A stretch of DNA of 64,000 nucleotides from an uncultured Candidatus Peribacteria bacterium. Lineage in GTDB: Bacteria > Patescibacteriota > Gracilibacteria > Peribacterales > Peribacteraceae. Position numbers and translations under genes: made by a program. The stretch covers positions 66,728 to 130,727 of the forward strand of contig CAZYQO010000002.1 of assembly GCA_964649695.1 (NCBI GenBank), in the 5' to 3' direction. The notes beneath the pieces were generated by a model. The model saw nothing but the letters and a program-made list of their open reading frames with translations, was not told where the DNA came from and did no database searches. This document shows positions 14,669-24,471 of the stretch, one piece after another (the first letter of the stretch is position 1; the number at the start of each line of letters is the position of its first letter).

Positions 14669-16984
14669 TTGGCTACTTCCATGGAAAATACAAATAGCGC
14701 ACCATTGGCTGATACCGAAGGATGGCGCTGGCTAGAGCGGCCAGATGTCACACATTTGCCATTTGTGAGGCCACAAAATGTTCTGCAGTCACAGTCGATA
14801 GATGGGCAGCCGAAAGTGGCGCAGAGAATGGCGAGTGTTTTTGTGCTGACACATGCAGAACATGTGAATCTGCCCCACATCATTTCACGACTGAGCGATG
14901 TACTGATCAAGGCAGGGGAGCAGTTTGAGTTGATAGTGATCGATGAGGGTAATTTTTATCTGAACACGCAGGATTATCTACGTGGTATCGCAGAGCAGTT
15001 GCCGCTGCAGGTTATCAAACCGGCCGTGCAGGGGGCTTTGACAAGTGCCGATCTTGAAAAGGCAAACGGTGATCGTCTCGTGATATTCGATGCGGATTTG
15101 CACCACGCACCCGATGTGATTGTGGACATGTTGCATGCTTTGGAGCAGCAAGATGTCGTTGTGGGTAGAGTTCCCTTGAAACGGATGCCATGGTACCGCG
15201 CAGTTCAGACAGTGTGTAGCAGGCTTCTCCTTCTGCCTGTCGCCTCGCTTTTTGCGGGAGTGCCACAGCCTGGCCAGCGTGCTTATCGAAGGGATGCCCT
15301 TAGTAAACTTGCTCAGTTTCGTCGATTCCGGGCGCAAGCTGCATTCGATACACAAGCACTCTTTTTTGCTAGACGGCTAGGATTGCGCGTTGGGTACGTA
15401 GAGGAGACTCTTGAGCCGGGCATTCTCTTTGGATGGACTGCACGACGCACGACGCGTCAGCTGACTGTCATGGGTGCAATCTATGCGTTGCGAGCAATCA
15501 TGATGACAGAGTTCGCGATGCCGTTCTTGTTCCCGCCAACACGCGCTGAATATTCAGCTTCAGGATTTACCAATGTGCGTGATTTTCTTTTTCTGTCGGA
15601 CTCAGAGAGTGCAAAGCAACACATCACTAAGGAAACAGTTACTTTGTGTTTTTGGGTAATCTTGCTAACTACACTCTGTATCGTAGGGGCAGCAGCGCTG
15701 TTCCAACAATCATGTCTTCGAGTTGTTCTAACGATGTTTTCAATGTTGTATCTTGCGCTGCTTTTCATAAAGCTATTTGTGACAATTCGAAGCACAAAAC
15801 ATTCGTATCTGCACGTTTCTCCCGCAGAAATCGCAACATTAAGTCCTCAGGATTTTCCCGTCATTTCCATACTCATTCCGTTGTACCGCGAACGCGAGAT
15901 TATCCCTCAAATCTGCCGCCGCCTTGCGGATCTTGATTATCCTGTCGATAAGCTTGATATAATTTTTATCTTAGAGTCGACCGACCGAGAAACCATCGAC
16001 GCGTTCCTCACAGCTAGGCCTCCGACGCATTTCAAAGCGCTACTTTCCCCTGATGTGCTACCAAAAACAAAGCCAAAGGCTCTCAATGTCGCCTTCCAAA
16101 AGTCGCGCGGTGAAGTAGTCGTAATTTACGATGCTGAGGTGTTGCCTGAGTTGGATCAGCTCAAGAAGGCCTGCTTTGCCCTGAAGAAGTATCCGGAGGT
16201 AATGTTCGTGCATACCCGATTGAACGTATATAACGCTGAATATAACTGGCTTACAAAGCTCTACACGGCCGAATTCTCTTTTTACTATGATTCATTCATT
16301 AATGGTTTAGTGAGCTTAAACATTCCTCTTCCCATCTCCGGTCACAGCATTTATTTCCGTCGCCACGTCATTGAGCAGGTTGGAGGTTGGGATCCCTATA
16401 ACGTTGCAGAAGATTGTGACATTGGTATTCGTATTTTCCGCCATGGTTTTGGGTGTGGAATTATGATCGATTCTTTTGCTTGGGAGCAATCCACCACAAC
16501 CATTCCCGCATGGGTGTCACAGCGTACTCGTTGGCTGAAGGGATTTTTGCAAACCACAATGGTGCATTTACGCTTCCCATTGCTGCTTAAGCAGGATGTT
16601 GGTGGATGGCGTAATTTTCTGTGGTTCCTGATTCTTGTTCCGGGGACAACCTTGGTAAATGCGCTTAATCTTCTCCAGTCTATTTTTCTGCTTGCGTGGT
16701 TTGTAACACATTCTTTGTATATCGAACTCGCATACGAGGGCTTGCCAATTTATGCAGCTATGTTCACCTTCATTGTTGGGAATTATCTCTTTACATTTTT
16801 TAACATATTAGGACTCTACACACGGGGGCTCTACGCCATCATGCTTTTGGCATACTTTTCGCCATTCTATTGGATTATGCTTGGCTATGCTACCGTGCGA
16901 TCCATTCTTGAGTTTTTCTTTGCACCGCGCCGTTGGAATAAAACAGTGCATTCAATGGCATCGACTAGTATCGCTAATACATAA
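14669..16984 (+). CDS. Two-domain membrane glycosyltransferase: N-terminal Dpm1/Ppm1-like GT2 fused to a processive (D,D,D,QxxRW) GT2 synthase with C-terminal TM helices
   Basis: Domain 1 (aa ~57-170): FELIVIDEGN ... LVIFDADLHHAPDVIVDML. Central TMs follow. Domain 2 (aa ~397-625): VISILIPLYRERE, VVVIYDAEV, NVAEDCDIGIRI, QRTRW at 16520-16534. The start may instead be ATG 14681. Confidence 0.75.
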   Translation: MATSMENTNSAPLADTEGWRWLERPDVTHLPFVRPQNVLQSQSIDGQPKVAQRMASVFVLTHAEHVNLPHIISRLSDVLIKAGEQFELIVIDEGNFYLNTQDYLRGIAEQLPLQVIKPAVQGALTSADLEKANGDRLVIFDADLHHAPDVIVDMLHALEQQDVVVGRVPLKRMPWYRAVQTVCSRLLLLPVASLFAGVPQPGQRAYRRDALSKLAQFRRFRAQAAFDTQALFFARRLGLRVGYVEETLEPGILFGWTARRTTRQLTVMGAIYALRAIMMTEFAMPFLFPPTRAEYSASGFTNVRDFLFLSDSESAKQHITKETVTLCFWVILLTTLCIVGAAALFQQSCLRVVLTMFSMLYLALLFIKLFVTIRSTKHSYLHVSPAEIATLSPQDFPVISILIPLYREREIIPQICRRLADLDYPVDKLDIIFILESTDRETIDAFLTARPPTHFKALLSPDVLPKTKPKALNVAFQKSRGEVVVIYDAEVLPELDQLKKACFALKKYPEVMFVHTRLNVYNAEYNWLTKLYTAEFSFYYDSFINGLVSLNIPLPISGHSIYFRRHVIEQVGGWDPYNVAEDCDIGIRIFRHGFGCGIMIDSFAWEQSTTTIPAWVSQRTRWLKGFLQTTMVHLRFPLLLKQDVGGWRNFLWFLILVPGTTLVNALNLLQSIFLLAWFVTHSLYIELAYEGLPIYAAMFTFIVGNYLFTFFNILGLYTRGLYAIMLLAYFSPFYWIMLGYATVRSILEFFFAPRRWNKTVHSMASTSIANT

Positions 16985-16986
16985 CT

Positions 16987-18732
16987 ATGCGTAACCCCTT
17001 TTTACTCAAAGGCGCAGAACGTGATGAGTTTTTGCTTATGTTAGTTGTGGCAGCCTTAGGCATATGCACTCTTTGGAACGTGATTGACGATAACATGATG
17101 TATTTCGACTTTGATACACGCTCACATTTGAACGTTGCACGCATGACTCTCGATAATTTAACGCCAGGGTTCAACCAGCTGGGTATTTGGAATCCACTGT
17201 TGCATATATTACTGCAGCCATTTATTTGGGTGTGGCCATTTTACACGTCGGGTGTCGCTGGCTTTTGTCTGCTTATCCCATGTCTATTTCTCAGTGTCGT
17301 CTTCCTTAGGCGTATTATTGTCGAATTGACCACCAATGAACTTTTGGGATCAGCAGGCGGTTTATTATTAGCTTTACATCCTTATGCGCTCTTTTTTGCA
17401 GTCGTGCCGATGACTGAGATGTTGCAAATGACATGCAATCTTGGTTCTGCATATTTCTTAACTCTTTGGCTGAAGAGATCTAGCTTGAAATTTTTGTTGT
17501 ACAGCGGCCTCTTTGCAGCGCTTTCCTGTATGGCTCGTTTTGAAAGCCTTGGACTAGCGCTTGCGATTGGCATTGTCATTGTCATTCATGGCCAATTTCT
17601 TCATAAGAAGGTTTCTGAAATTTTTGCACTATTACAATTATTTTTTCTCGTAGCTTTGCTAGGGATGGCATATTTGGTCATTTATGGAGTGGCATATATG
17701 GATGGGCCACTATCATTTTTGTCACTTGCGTCTTCTTCTGAGGTGGCGCAGCAAAAAACATTGTTGTTTACATTTCAAATTGTTACACATGGACTATTTC
17801 ATATTCATGGCATTCAACTTCTTATAGGCGCAATATGCGCCATCCTGGTGCTTATATTTTTTGCGCGTTCGTTTAAAGAGGAATTGTACGTGCTTTTTGT
17901 CCTTATCAATCCACTTATTGTGGTCTTTTATGCACTTTATACAAAGGCAGGAGTAATACTTTGGGTTCCCGAGCTTCCAAGAATAAACACAGGTCCACCC
18001 ATTGGATATTTTGCAGGAATTAGATTCCTATTGAGCTCAACGCCGTTTGTACTTTTAAGTATTTTTTTGGGGTTGTCTCTAATTCTCAAATATGCAGCCA
18101 GGCTAAATCGTTCGTATGTTCAAGTTTTGGTCATAGTTGTAGTGACATTTTTTATCGGCTCACAATCCATGCGTCTATTCAAAATTGAAAATGCAGCATT
18201 TCCTGCGGCTCAAAAAAGTTCTCAAACCGCATTTGAAATGCGTTTTCATCTGCAAATTGCTGAATATTTAAAAAATAATTACGATTATGGTTTAATCATT
18301 TATTCTCGTATCTCATCAGATATCTTGCAATATCATGCTCAGATCCCGCTAAAAAATTATATCTATACTGCAAACTATCCATATTTTGACCAAGCAGTTC
18401 GTTTTCCTTGGCTATTTTTGCGGTGGGTCATTCTGCCAACTACAGAAACATCTGGTCTATTGGTTGATATGAAGTATTCCGATGATTTTAATAAGTACTT
18501 TGAAAAAGTGCTTGCAGTTCCCGCCACTAAGCTCAAAGGATTTACAGTGTATCGACTGAGAGAAGATATCTTGCGAGAAGATTTGCTTAAATATCATGTC
18601 AATACTCAGGAAGTGCCTTCACTATGGAAGGTGACTCGCACATGGGATACGAATAATATAAACAGGATTCTTCATCTAGAAGATTCACCTTGGCACATTG
18701 AAAGAAGGTATAGCTCTACTAAAAAGTTATGA
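16987..18732 (+). CDS. GT-C superfamily membrane glycosyltransferase (ArnT/PMT-like, polyprenyl-phosphate-sugar dependent)
   Basis: 581 aa with more than 10 predicted TM helices. It has an acidic first-loop motif (VIDDNMMYFDFDTRSH) after TM1 and a C-terminal soluble domain. It starts 2 nt after the upstream gene. Family assignment rests on architecture and motif only. Confidence 0.55.
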   Translation: MRNPFLLKGAERDEFLLMLVVAALGICTLWNVIDDNMMYFDFDTRSHLNVARMTLDNLTPGFNQLGIWNPLLHILLQPFIWVWPFYTSGVAGFCLLIPCLFLSVVFLRRIIVELTTNELLGSAGGLLLALHPYALFFAVVPMTEMLQMTCNLGSAYFLTLWLKRSSLKFLLYSGLFAALSCMARFESLGLALAIGIVIVIHGQFLHKKVSEIFALLQLFFLVALLGMAYLVIYGVAYMDGPLSFLSLASSSEVAQQKTLLFTFQIVTHGLFHIHGIQLLIGAICAILVLIFFARSFKEELYVLFVLINPLIVVFYALYTKAGVILWVPELPRINTGPPIGYFAGIRFLLSSTPFVLLSIFLGLSLILKYAARLNRSYVQVLVIVVVTFFIGSQSMRLFKIENAAFPAAQKSSQTAFEMRFHLQIAEYLKNNYDYGLIIYSRISSDILQYHAQIPLKNYIYTANYPYFDQAVRFPWLFLRWVILPTTETSGLLVDMKYSDDFNKYFEKVLAVPATKLKGFTVYRLREDILREDLLKYHVNTQEVPSLWKVTRTWDTNNINRILHLEDSPWHIERRYSSTKKL

Positions 18733-19769
18733 AAACAAAATTACTATTTTGGGCAAAATTGGCAAAAGAAATTATTTTGAGAGTATCTGCATCCCTGCAA
18801 GATTGGGCATTTATGCTTCGTGTTCGGCCATCTCTATTGAGAGGCAGTAATTTTGTTGAGTTCTTGCGCGAATCTGCCGAATTTCCTGGGGGTATATACA
18901 ATCCGGGTGCAATCGAAGTTCATGGAGCTATTGTGACAGTCTTAAGGGGCGAGCAGTATCGTCCATTCCAATTGTATATAGATTCAACGAAAGCTCTGAA
19001 TTCATGTACCCCACTTCTGGCTTCATACAGTCAAGAAATGCAGCTAAAAAAACCACTGACTAAGCTCTCCCTGGCAGCCTTCCCCGAAAGAAGGACTCAG
19101 CGTTATGAAGATTTTAGATTATTTAGATTTCGAGATAAGATTTTTTCCAATCTTTGTGTTTTTATTCCAAATACAAATTCAGTTTGGCCTTCGGCCATTG
19201 ATTCGGGTAATTACAATCGTCAAGCTCTAGCTGAATTGGACTTACAAAGTATGAGTCTGAATTATGCAAAAGAAGTGCAAATAGATTTTCCCATGCATGG
19301 CCGAGAGAAAAATTTCATGTATTTTGAACACGAAGAAGATCTATATTTGCTGTATTCAATTTGTCCCTATATTTTGCTAAAAGCTCAAAATTGGCCTAAT
19401 GCTAATTTCGTAACAGTACTTCATAAAGAGCTGAATTTGTCTTTTGGTAAAAATAATCAACAAAAAATTCACTTAAGTACAAATCCAGTCGTGCTTGATG
19501 ATAAATATTTGGTCACAATTATCTCTCGTAAAGCCCACGGTTATGGGATATTTAAGACATTGTTCTCCACATGGGTCATTCTAATCGATCGTGCTACTCT
19601 AGAGCCGGTGAAAATCTCGAAACAATGCTTGACCTCAGGGCTCAGTGTATATTTTTCGAGTCTTATCGTCGAAGGCGATAGTTTGCTACTTTTTGGCGGT
19701 CAGGATGATAGGCGCTGCTGCTTTACTCGCTTGTCTAAAAAGGCGATCGAATTCGATAACATCGAATAG
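18729..19769 (+). CDS. Hypothetical protein, possibly a GH130/DUF377-like beta-propeller glycan-active enzyme
   Basis: 346 aa. Start overlaps the upstream stop (ATGA). Weak motif resemblance only: GIYNPGAI, YEDFRLFRF (like EDPR), REKNFMYFE (like EKNW.pF). Confidence 0.35.
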   Translation: MKTKLLFWAKLAKEIILRVSASLQDWAFMLRVRPSLLRGSNFVEFLRESAEFPGGIYNPGAIEVHGAIVTVLRGEQYRPFQLYIDSTKALNSCTPLLASYSQEMQLKKPLTKLSLAAFPERRTQRYEDFRLFRFRDKIFSNLCVFIPNTNSVWPSAIDSGNYNRQALAELDLQSMSLNYAKEVQIDFPMHGREKNFMYFEHEEDLYLLYSICPYILLKAQNWPNANFVTVLHKELNLSFGKNNQQKIHLSTNPVVLDDKYLVTIISRKAHGYGIFKTLFSTWVILIDRATLEPVKISKQCLTSGLSVYFSSLIVEGDSLLLFGGQDDRRCCFTRLSKKAIEFDNIE

Positions 19770-19809
19770 CATCAACACATATTTAAGATGCTGTTTATTA
19801 ATTTCAAAT

Positions 19810-21213
19810 TTACAGGTTGCTGAAGTTGGCCTTTGAGCGTCGACGGATATCGGGCAACGAAGAAGCGATCTGCTGTTTTGTTGCATCGCTCGTATTTAAG
19901 GTTTTTTGTATGTGTGAAGACAGCGAGGGGACATGCATGACTTCTTCGGACGGGATGCTGCAATCCCTAAGCTTAAACATTTGAAGTAAGCCCTCAAATT
20001 TGTCTTGATATGTAATGCAAAATACGGGCACCCCTGTGTTGAGACACTTGATTGCTAGATGCATTCTTCCTGTGATTGTGCAATCAAGTTTTGAGCAAAT
20101 GAATTGCAGCTCAGATTGGGAAAAAACGGGTGGCACGATTTGAACCTTTTTCTTTAGCGACACCGGCAGTCCCTCGAGAATGAGGGTAGCCATAGTGCGG
20201 TCACTGTTGGCGTCAATCTTTCGCGTGTCGTGCGGTATCAACACAAAACAGATACGCTCGTACATTTCGGCGCAATCCGTGATAGTTTGAATATACATTT
20301 TAATGATACGATCACTGCCGCCTTCGTATGACATTGCGTTGTGAATACTTGGATTTATGCCAATTACCAATTGGTTATTTGTCTTCTGTTCCAGTAGCCA
20401 ATCTAGAAAGTCATTGTTCGTAGGTTCTTCGCTTTTCAGAAGAAATGCAACATCTGCCACTTCTTCAATATGCCGACCGGTGCAGATCTGCAATCTCTCA
20501 TGTGATATAGGATCGCGCGCACAAATGCGTACATTAGTGGATAGACGCCTTAAGTCTTGGACTACAGAACAGACGGGGTGAGCATTAAAGCTGCTTCCCA
20601 ATATTGTTGTGCTGTTGCCGAACTTAGCGGCTGCATTGGTCAATGCAATCCGAAGACGTGAGCCTATTTCTGAATAGGCACCATCAATGACATCTGCGCC
20701 GATACAGAAAAAGTAGTCGTGTAGCTGAATGGCTCGCACGGTTTTGAATATTGACAAAGGCGAGAATGCGCCATGCCAAGGGAACATTAATGACACCCCA
20801 GCGCTGGCTAGTTTTGGGTTCATAAAATCCCATTCATGTTTGTCTGCGGCGGATAAATATCTGACAGTATCGATTTTCATTTTTAGAATTTCATCGATTG
20901 TTACCCTCATCATTGTTTCGTCGCCTAAGCTGCCCGGAAATGAAGGCGGTAAAATAAGTGCAGTGCGTTTTGTTTTTGTCTGCTTTCCAAGCCACTGCGA
21001 AACAATTATTGCTATCCATAATATGGATCTAAAATATGCAAGAAGTAAAAAGGTACACGCTTGGATGCAGACTGTAGTCAGCACAGGAAAATATGCATGC
21101 GTAACACGAGTAATTCGAGTAAGCTTCCACGTATCGGTAGAGTAGTGTTGACATGTCAACTCGCATGTTTTTTTAATATTTAATTCCACTTCGATTGGCA
21201 TAGTGTGACTCAT
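19810..21213 (-). CDS. Polysaccharide pyruvyl transferase family protein with N-terminal TM segment
   Basis: PPSFPGSLGDE, CIGADVIDGAY and TGRMHLAIKCLNTGVPVFCITYQDKFEGL blocks typical of CsaB/WcaK-type pyruvyl transferases. TM segment at aa ~45-75. Confidence 0.65.
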   Translation of the reverse strand: MSHTMPIEVELNIKKTCELTCQHYSTDTWKLTRITRVTHAYFPVLTTVCIQACTFLLLAYFRSILWIAIIVSQWLGKQTKTKRTALILPPSFPGSLGDETMMRVTIDEILKMKIDTVRYLSAADKHEWDFMNPKLASAGVSLMFPWHGAFSPLSIFKTVRAIQLHDYFFCIGADVIDGAYSEIGSRLRIALTNAAAKFGNSTTILGSSFNAHPVCSVVQDLRRLSTNVRICARDPISHERLQICTGRHIEEVADVAFLLKSEEPTNNDFLDWLLEQKTNNQLVIGINPSIHNAMSYEGGSDRIIKMYIQTITDCAEMYERICFVLIPHDTRKIDANSDRTMATLILEGLPVSLKKKVQIVPPVFSQSELQFICSKLDCTITGRMHLAIKCLNTGVPVFCITYQDKFEGLLQMFKLRDCSIPSEEVMHVPSLSSHIQKTLNTSDATKQQIASSLPDIRRRSKANFSNL

Positions 21214-21323
21214 GTATTTAATGTAACTCTAGCATCTATTTAATTTATTGTACATAATCGACCCTTTACCTGTAAAAAACGAGTAGGCGATTGCAATCGT
21301 CATTAGATCTTCTTATCTATATA

Positions 21324-21332
21324 TGCTATAAT
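21324..21332 (+). promoter_or_regulatory. Extended -10 promoter element TGCTATAAT positioned for a leaderless transcript
   Basis: TGCTATAAT is followed by 7 nt (atatatt) and then ATG 21340. No Shine-Dalgarno. Confidence 0.45.
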
Positions 21333-21339
21333 ATATATT

Positions 21340-22440
21340 ATGGCAGATCTTGAGAAAGAAAAAAATATCAATTCAACACCTGATATAAATGCGCCTGTTT
21401 TTTTAGATACAACAGGTGGATCGTTATCAGATTCACCTGCCAAAGTGGTGGTGCCGCAAAGTGCTATGCTAAGTATAGCAAGTGATCATTTTGGGGTGGC
21501 AGAGGTCAACATCAAATCATCACAATCCTGCATTTCTCCATGGAAATTTACTTCAGCTGCTTGCGCAGCTTTAGTACTGGGAATGCTATTTATGTATTTA
21601 GTGTTATCTTTTTTTAGACCAAATCACTCCGGCTCTTCGGATGCAGCAAAAGATAGTTTGGCAACGCGTTTTTTGGCTTCAGGAGCAGAATTGACCATCG
21701 TCAATGACGATGGTAAGGATTTGAAGGTAACCAAAGCAGCCGAGGCTCCTGATCCGTTACTCATCACAGGTGTTTCCTTTGGTACAAATGCGGACACGTC
21801 TGTTTTAGAGGAGATTTATCAACTTCGGAGCCTCCGCAATCTTACAATCTCGAATGTTGAAATTAGTCAGTCAAATTTGGTTTCTTATCTTAAGCAAGCG
21901 AGTGCGTCTGTTACTTCGTTGCAGCTGTCGCAGCTGCCCGATATTGATGTAAATGATGAGCTGATAGAGGTGATCCGCACTTCTTTTCCTGCTCTTAAAA
22001 CACTCAGCATCAAGGGATTAACAGTATCAGAGGGAAGTATTGCGGGCATAGCAAAAATGCCATATTTGCAGATATTAAATCTTGCAGACACGAATCTTAC
22101 GGATGCTGAACTTTACGCACTGAAAAACATGAAATTGGCATCCCTTGATGTAAGTATGACGAAGGTGACAGCTCATGGCCTCATTCAAATGCGTCCCTAC
22201 GTCAAGACACTGAGTCTAGCTTCTTTAGATATAAATGATGAGGATATTAAATTAATTGCAAATTATTTTCAGATTTTACAAAAGCTAAATATTGCCGCCT
22301 CAAATGTTTCTGATGATAGTGTTCCTTTAATCCAAAACATGGCTCAACTCACATCATTAAACATAAAAGAAACAAAGATTTCTTCTTTTGGGATTATCAA
22401 GATTCAACAGAGTTTGCCTGGCTGCAAAATTACAAAATGA
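21340..22440 (+). CDS. Single-pass membrane protein with leucine-rich repeat (LRR) ectodomain
   Basis: TM at aa ~70-92 (AACAALVLGMLFMYLVLSFF). About 9 LRR units (LRNLTISNVEIS.., LKTLSIKGLTV.., LQILNLADTNLTD..). C-terminal IKIQQSLPGCKITK. Confidence 0.7.
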   Translation: MADLEKEKNINSTPDINAPVFLDTTGGSLSDSPAKVVVPQSAMLSIASDHFGVAEVNIKSSQSCISPWKFTSAACAALVLGMLFMYLVLSFFRPNHSGSSDAAKDSLATRFLASGAELTIVNDDGKDLKVTKAAEAPDPLLITGVSFGTNADTSVLEEIYQLRSLRNLTISNVEISQSNLVSYLKQASASVTSLQLSQLPDIDVNDELIEVIRTSFPALKTLSIKGLTVSEGSIAGIAKMPYLQILNLADTNLTDAELYALKNMKLASLDVSMTKVTAHGLIQMRPYVKTLSLASLDINDEDIKLIANYFQILQKLNIAASNVSDDSVPLIQNMAQLTSLNIKETKISSFGIIKIQQSLPGCKITK

Positions 22441-22458
22441 TAAACAACATGCAGCTTT

Positions 22459-24456
22459 TTATTTATTAATAACGCATTTTGGCATGTTTTTTTGCAACTG
22501 TTGGAGCCCCATTGGAGACAGTTGTGTGCTTGTTACATTAAGACTGGAAAGCGTCTCGATTGCACTCAGTGTGGGTACTGAACGGTCGGAGATTAGTGTT
22601 TTTGCCAAGGATAAATAGGATAGCTTCATGGCTTTGAGGTTCGTGACCATTTCGTCATTAACCTTGACGCCATCAAGTCGCAAAACCTTAATAGGAAGCT
22701 TCGAAATAATCTCGAGTGTCCTTGATCCGGCATTTGTATTGGAAATAGACAGAACCTCAAGGTTCTGTAATTGGGCGATTGAAGAAAATTCAGCGTCACC
22801 CGCTGCACAATCGGTTATTTTTAGAGATGTGAGTCCGCGCAATTGTCCGAGATATGCCATCCAAGCCAAATTTTGGCTCTTACTTGCCGTAATGCTAGTA
22901 ATGGAAAAATCTCCGGGCGGAAGATCTTTTGCGTTGCCCACGCTTCCTGGAGCGGATGGTGATCCTGATGTTGTAATTTTCACTCCAGCAAGCAGGAGTT
23001 GTTCTGCGAACTTGCGTTCAAATTTTGCCTGGTTATCGTTTGTGGGTGCCACCTCTGCTGCTGGTGGAGTGCTGGCGGCAGTTGGAGCAACAGGAGGCAC
23101 AGCCGTGGCTCCGGCAACATCGAGTGTTGCTGATCTTGGTTCGATATGTGGATTCTTGGTAAAGATGTCGTTCACTGTTACCAGTGAGATGCCACCAAGG
23201 CCGTGTTTTTTGGCCTCAGAAAACATATGGCCAGCAAATAGCTTAAAGCTATTTTGCAAAGCAGAGTCTGACATTGCTTGCGCGTCCTGCCATGCTTTCA
23301 GGCCAGCTTGAAAGAATCCGTCAGCGCCGATAGCGTCGACTTTCTTTCCTGTGGCCGGATCTACTTCAGGGTCGTATTTCCTAATAAAGGGGCTTTGGCC
23401 AAGACGCAGATGATATAAGGCGCTTTCCCATTTATTTTCGATGAATGCATATTCGCCCAAACTCTTATGCCCCTCGGTGTCCAATGGGGTCTTTTTCCCT
23501 ATAGCAATAATCGCTTTGTTCGTAACACCTAGTTCTCGATTGATGCCCTTCGCATCGTCGATAAGCTCGCTCTCGCGGATATCGGAGGGATTTTTGTTTA
23601 TGAAAGTCTGCACTAAAGGTTGCACGAGAGGGGTAATTTTGCGTGCTGTTGCCAAATCCTCATCGTCGCGCTTATCGGAGGGCAGATCTATATATCTATT
23701 GAGATAGAGCTGTGCGCAATTGAGGCGGCTTGCCGCAAGATCGATACGCAATGCAGCATTGTTGCGCATTGTTGGATGGCTGCTGGCGCCAGTGAGCGTG
23801 GCAACACGCAATTTGCGGATAGTGGCAGCTGTTTCAATGCCTTCTTGCTCCATGGCTGCAATTTCTGTTAATGCCATTTGATATTCGCCGTCGGCATTCA
23901 GTAGACGGATGTGAGCGTTGCCTTCCAGTGATCGTTCGCTCTTTGAATAAAGCATGCTTGTGCCGTTTGCCAACCGGCTATTGCCAATGAATGAAAGCGC
24001 AAGTGACTGAGCTTCCGCGCTTTTGCTTTGTCTTGCAACACTCCATGCTTCTTGGGCAATTGCTCGCAAGAGAGCGGGTGAATTTTTGGCCTCATCAAGA
24101 ACAGACACACCTATGATCCGTTGCACGAGGACAGATCCTTTTTCTGGCGTTGGCTGCATGCTGAACGCAGCGTATTCTTGCTGCAATAGGGCTTTCAGTT
24201 GCTGGATATTCATATCAATTTCCTTCGCGCTGGGTGGCGGAATTGGGATTTCCTGTGCAGAAGAGTCTGCGGCAGCGACAGTGGCAACGACCTTACTGGG
24301 GGTTTCCTCTGCACTCGAATGAGCAGCAGTATTTCCCAGTACACCCAAAAGAATGCTGTAGCGTAGTGCTTTCGTGATGCTGCCTGGAAGCCGCACATTT
24401 GCTTCCTTTTCAGGAGTATGGGGTTGCTCGCGATCTTGATGATCTAGATAGCCCAT
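22459..24456 (-). CDS. Secreted/anchored protein with helical central region, Ala/Pro linker and C-terminal LRR domain
   Basis: LRR units LTSLKITDCAAGD.., LEVLSISNTNAG.., LSYLSLAKTLISD... C-terminal LQQLQKNMPKCVINK parallels the neighbouring LRR protein. ATG 24456 is preferred over TTG 24492 because a TTGACA-N17-CACAAT promoter spans 24472-24500. Confidence 0.65.
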   Translation of the reverse strand: MGYLDHQDREQPHTPEKEANVRLPGSITKALRYSILLGVLGNTAAHSSAEETPSKVVATVAAADSSAQEIPIPPPSAKEIDMNIQQLKALLQQEYAAFSMQPTPEKGSVLVQRIIGVSVLDEAKNSPALLRAIAQEAWSVARQSKSAEAQSLALSFIGNSRLANGTSMLYSKSERSLEGNAHIRLLNADGEYQMALTEIAAMEQEGIETAATIRKLRVATLTGASSHPTMRNNAALRIDLAASRLNCAQLYLNRYIDLPSDKRDDEDLATARKITPLVQPLVQTFINKNPSDIRESELIDDAKGINRELGVTNKAIIAIGKKTPLDTEGHKSLGEYAFIENKWESALYHLRLGQSPFIRKYDPEVDPATGKKVDAIGADGFFQAGLKAWQDAQAMSDSALQNSFKLFAGHMFSEAKKHGLGGISLVTVNDIFTKNPHIEPRSATLDVAGATAVPPVAPTAASTPPAAEVAPTNDNQAKFERKFAEQLLLAGVKITTSGSPSAPGSVGNAKDLPPGDFSITSITASKSQNLAWMAYLGQLRGLTSLKITDCAAGDAEFSSIAQLQNLEVLSISNTNAGSRTLEIISKLPIKVLRLDGVKVNDEMVTNLKAMKLSYLSLAKTLISDRSVPTLSAIETLSSLNVTSTQLSPMGLQQLQKNMPKCVINK

Positions 24457-24471
24457 AACTGTATGGCGCTC

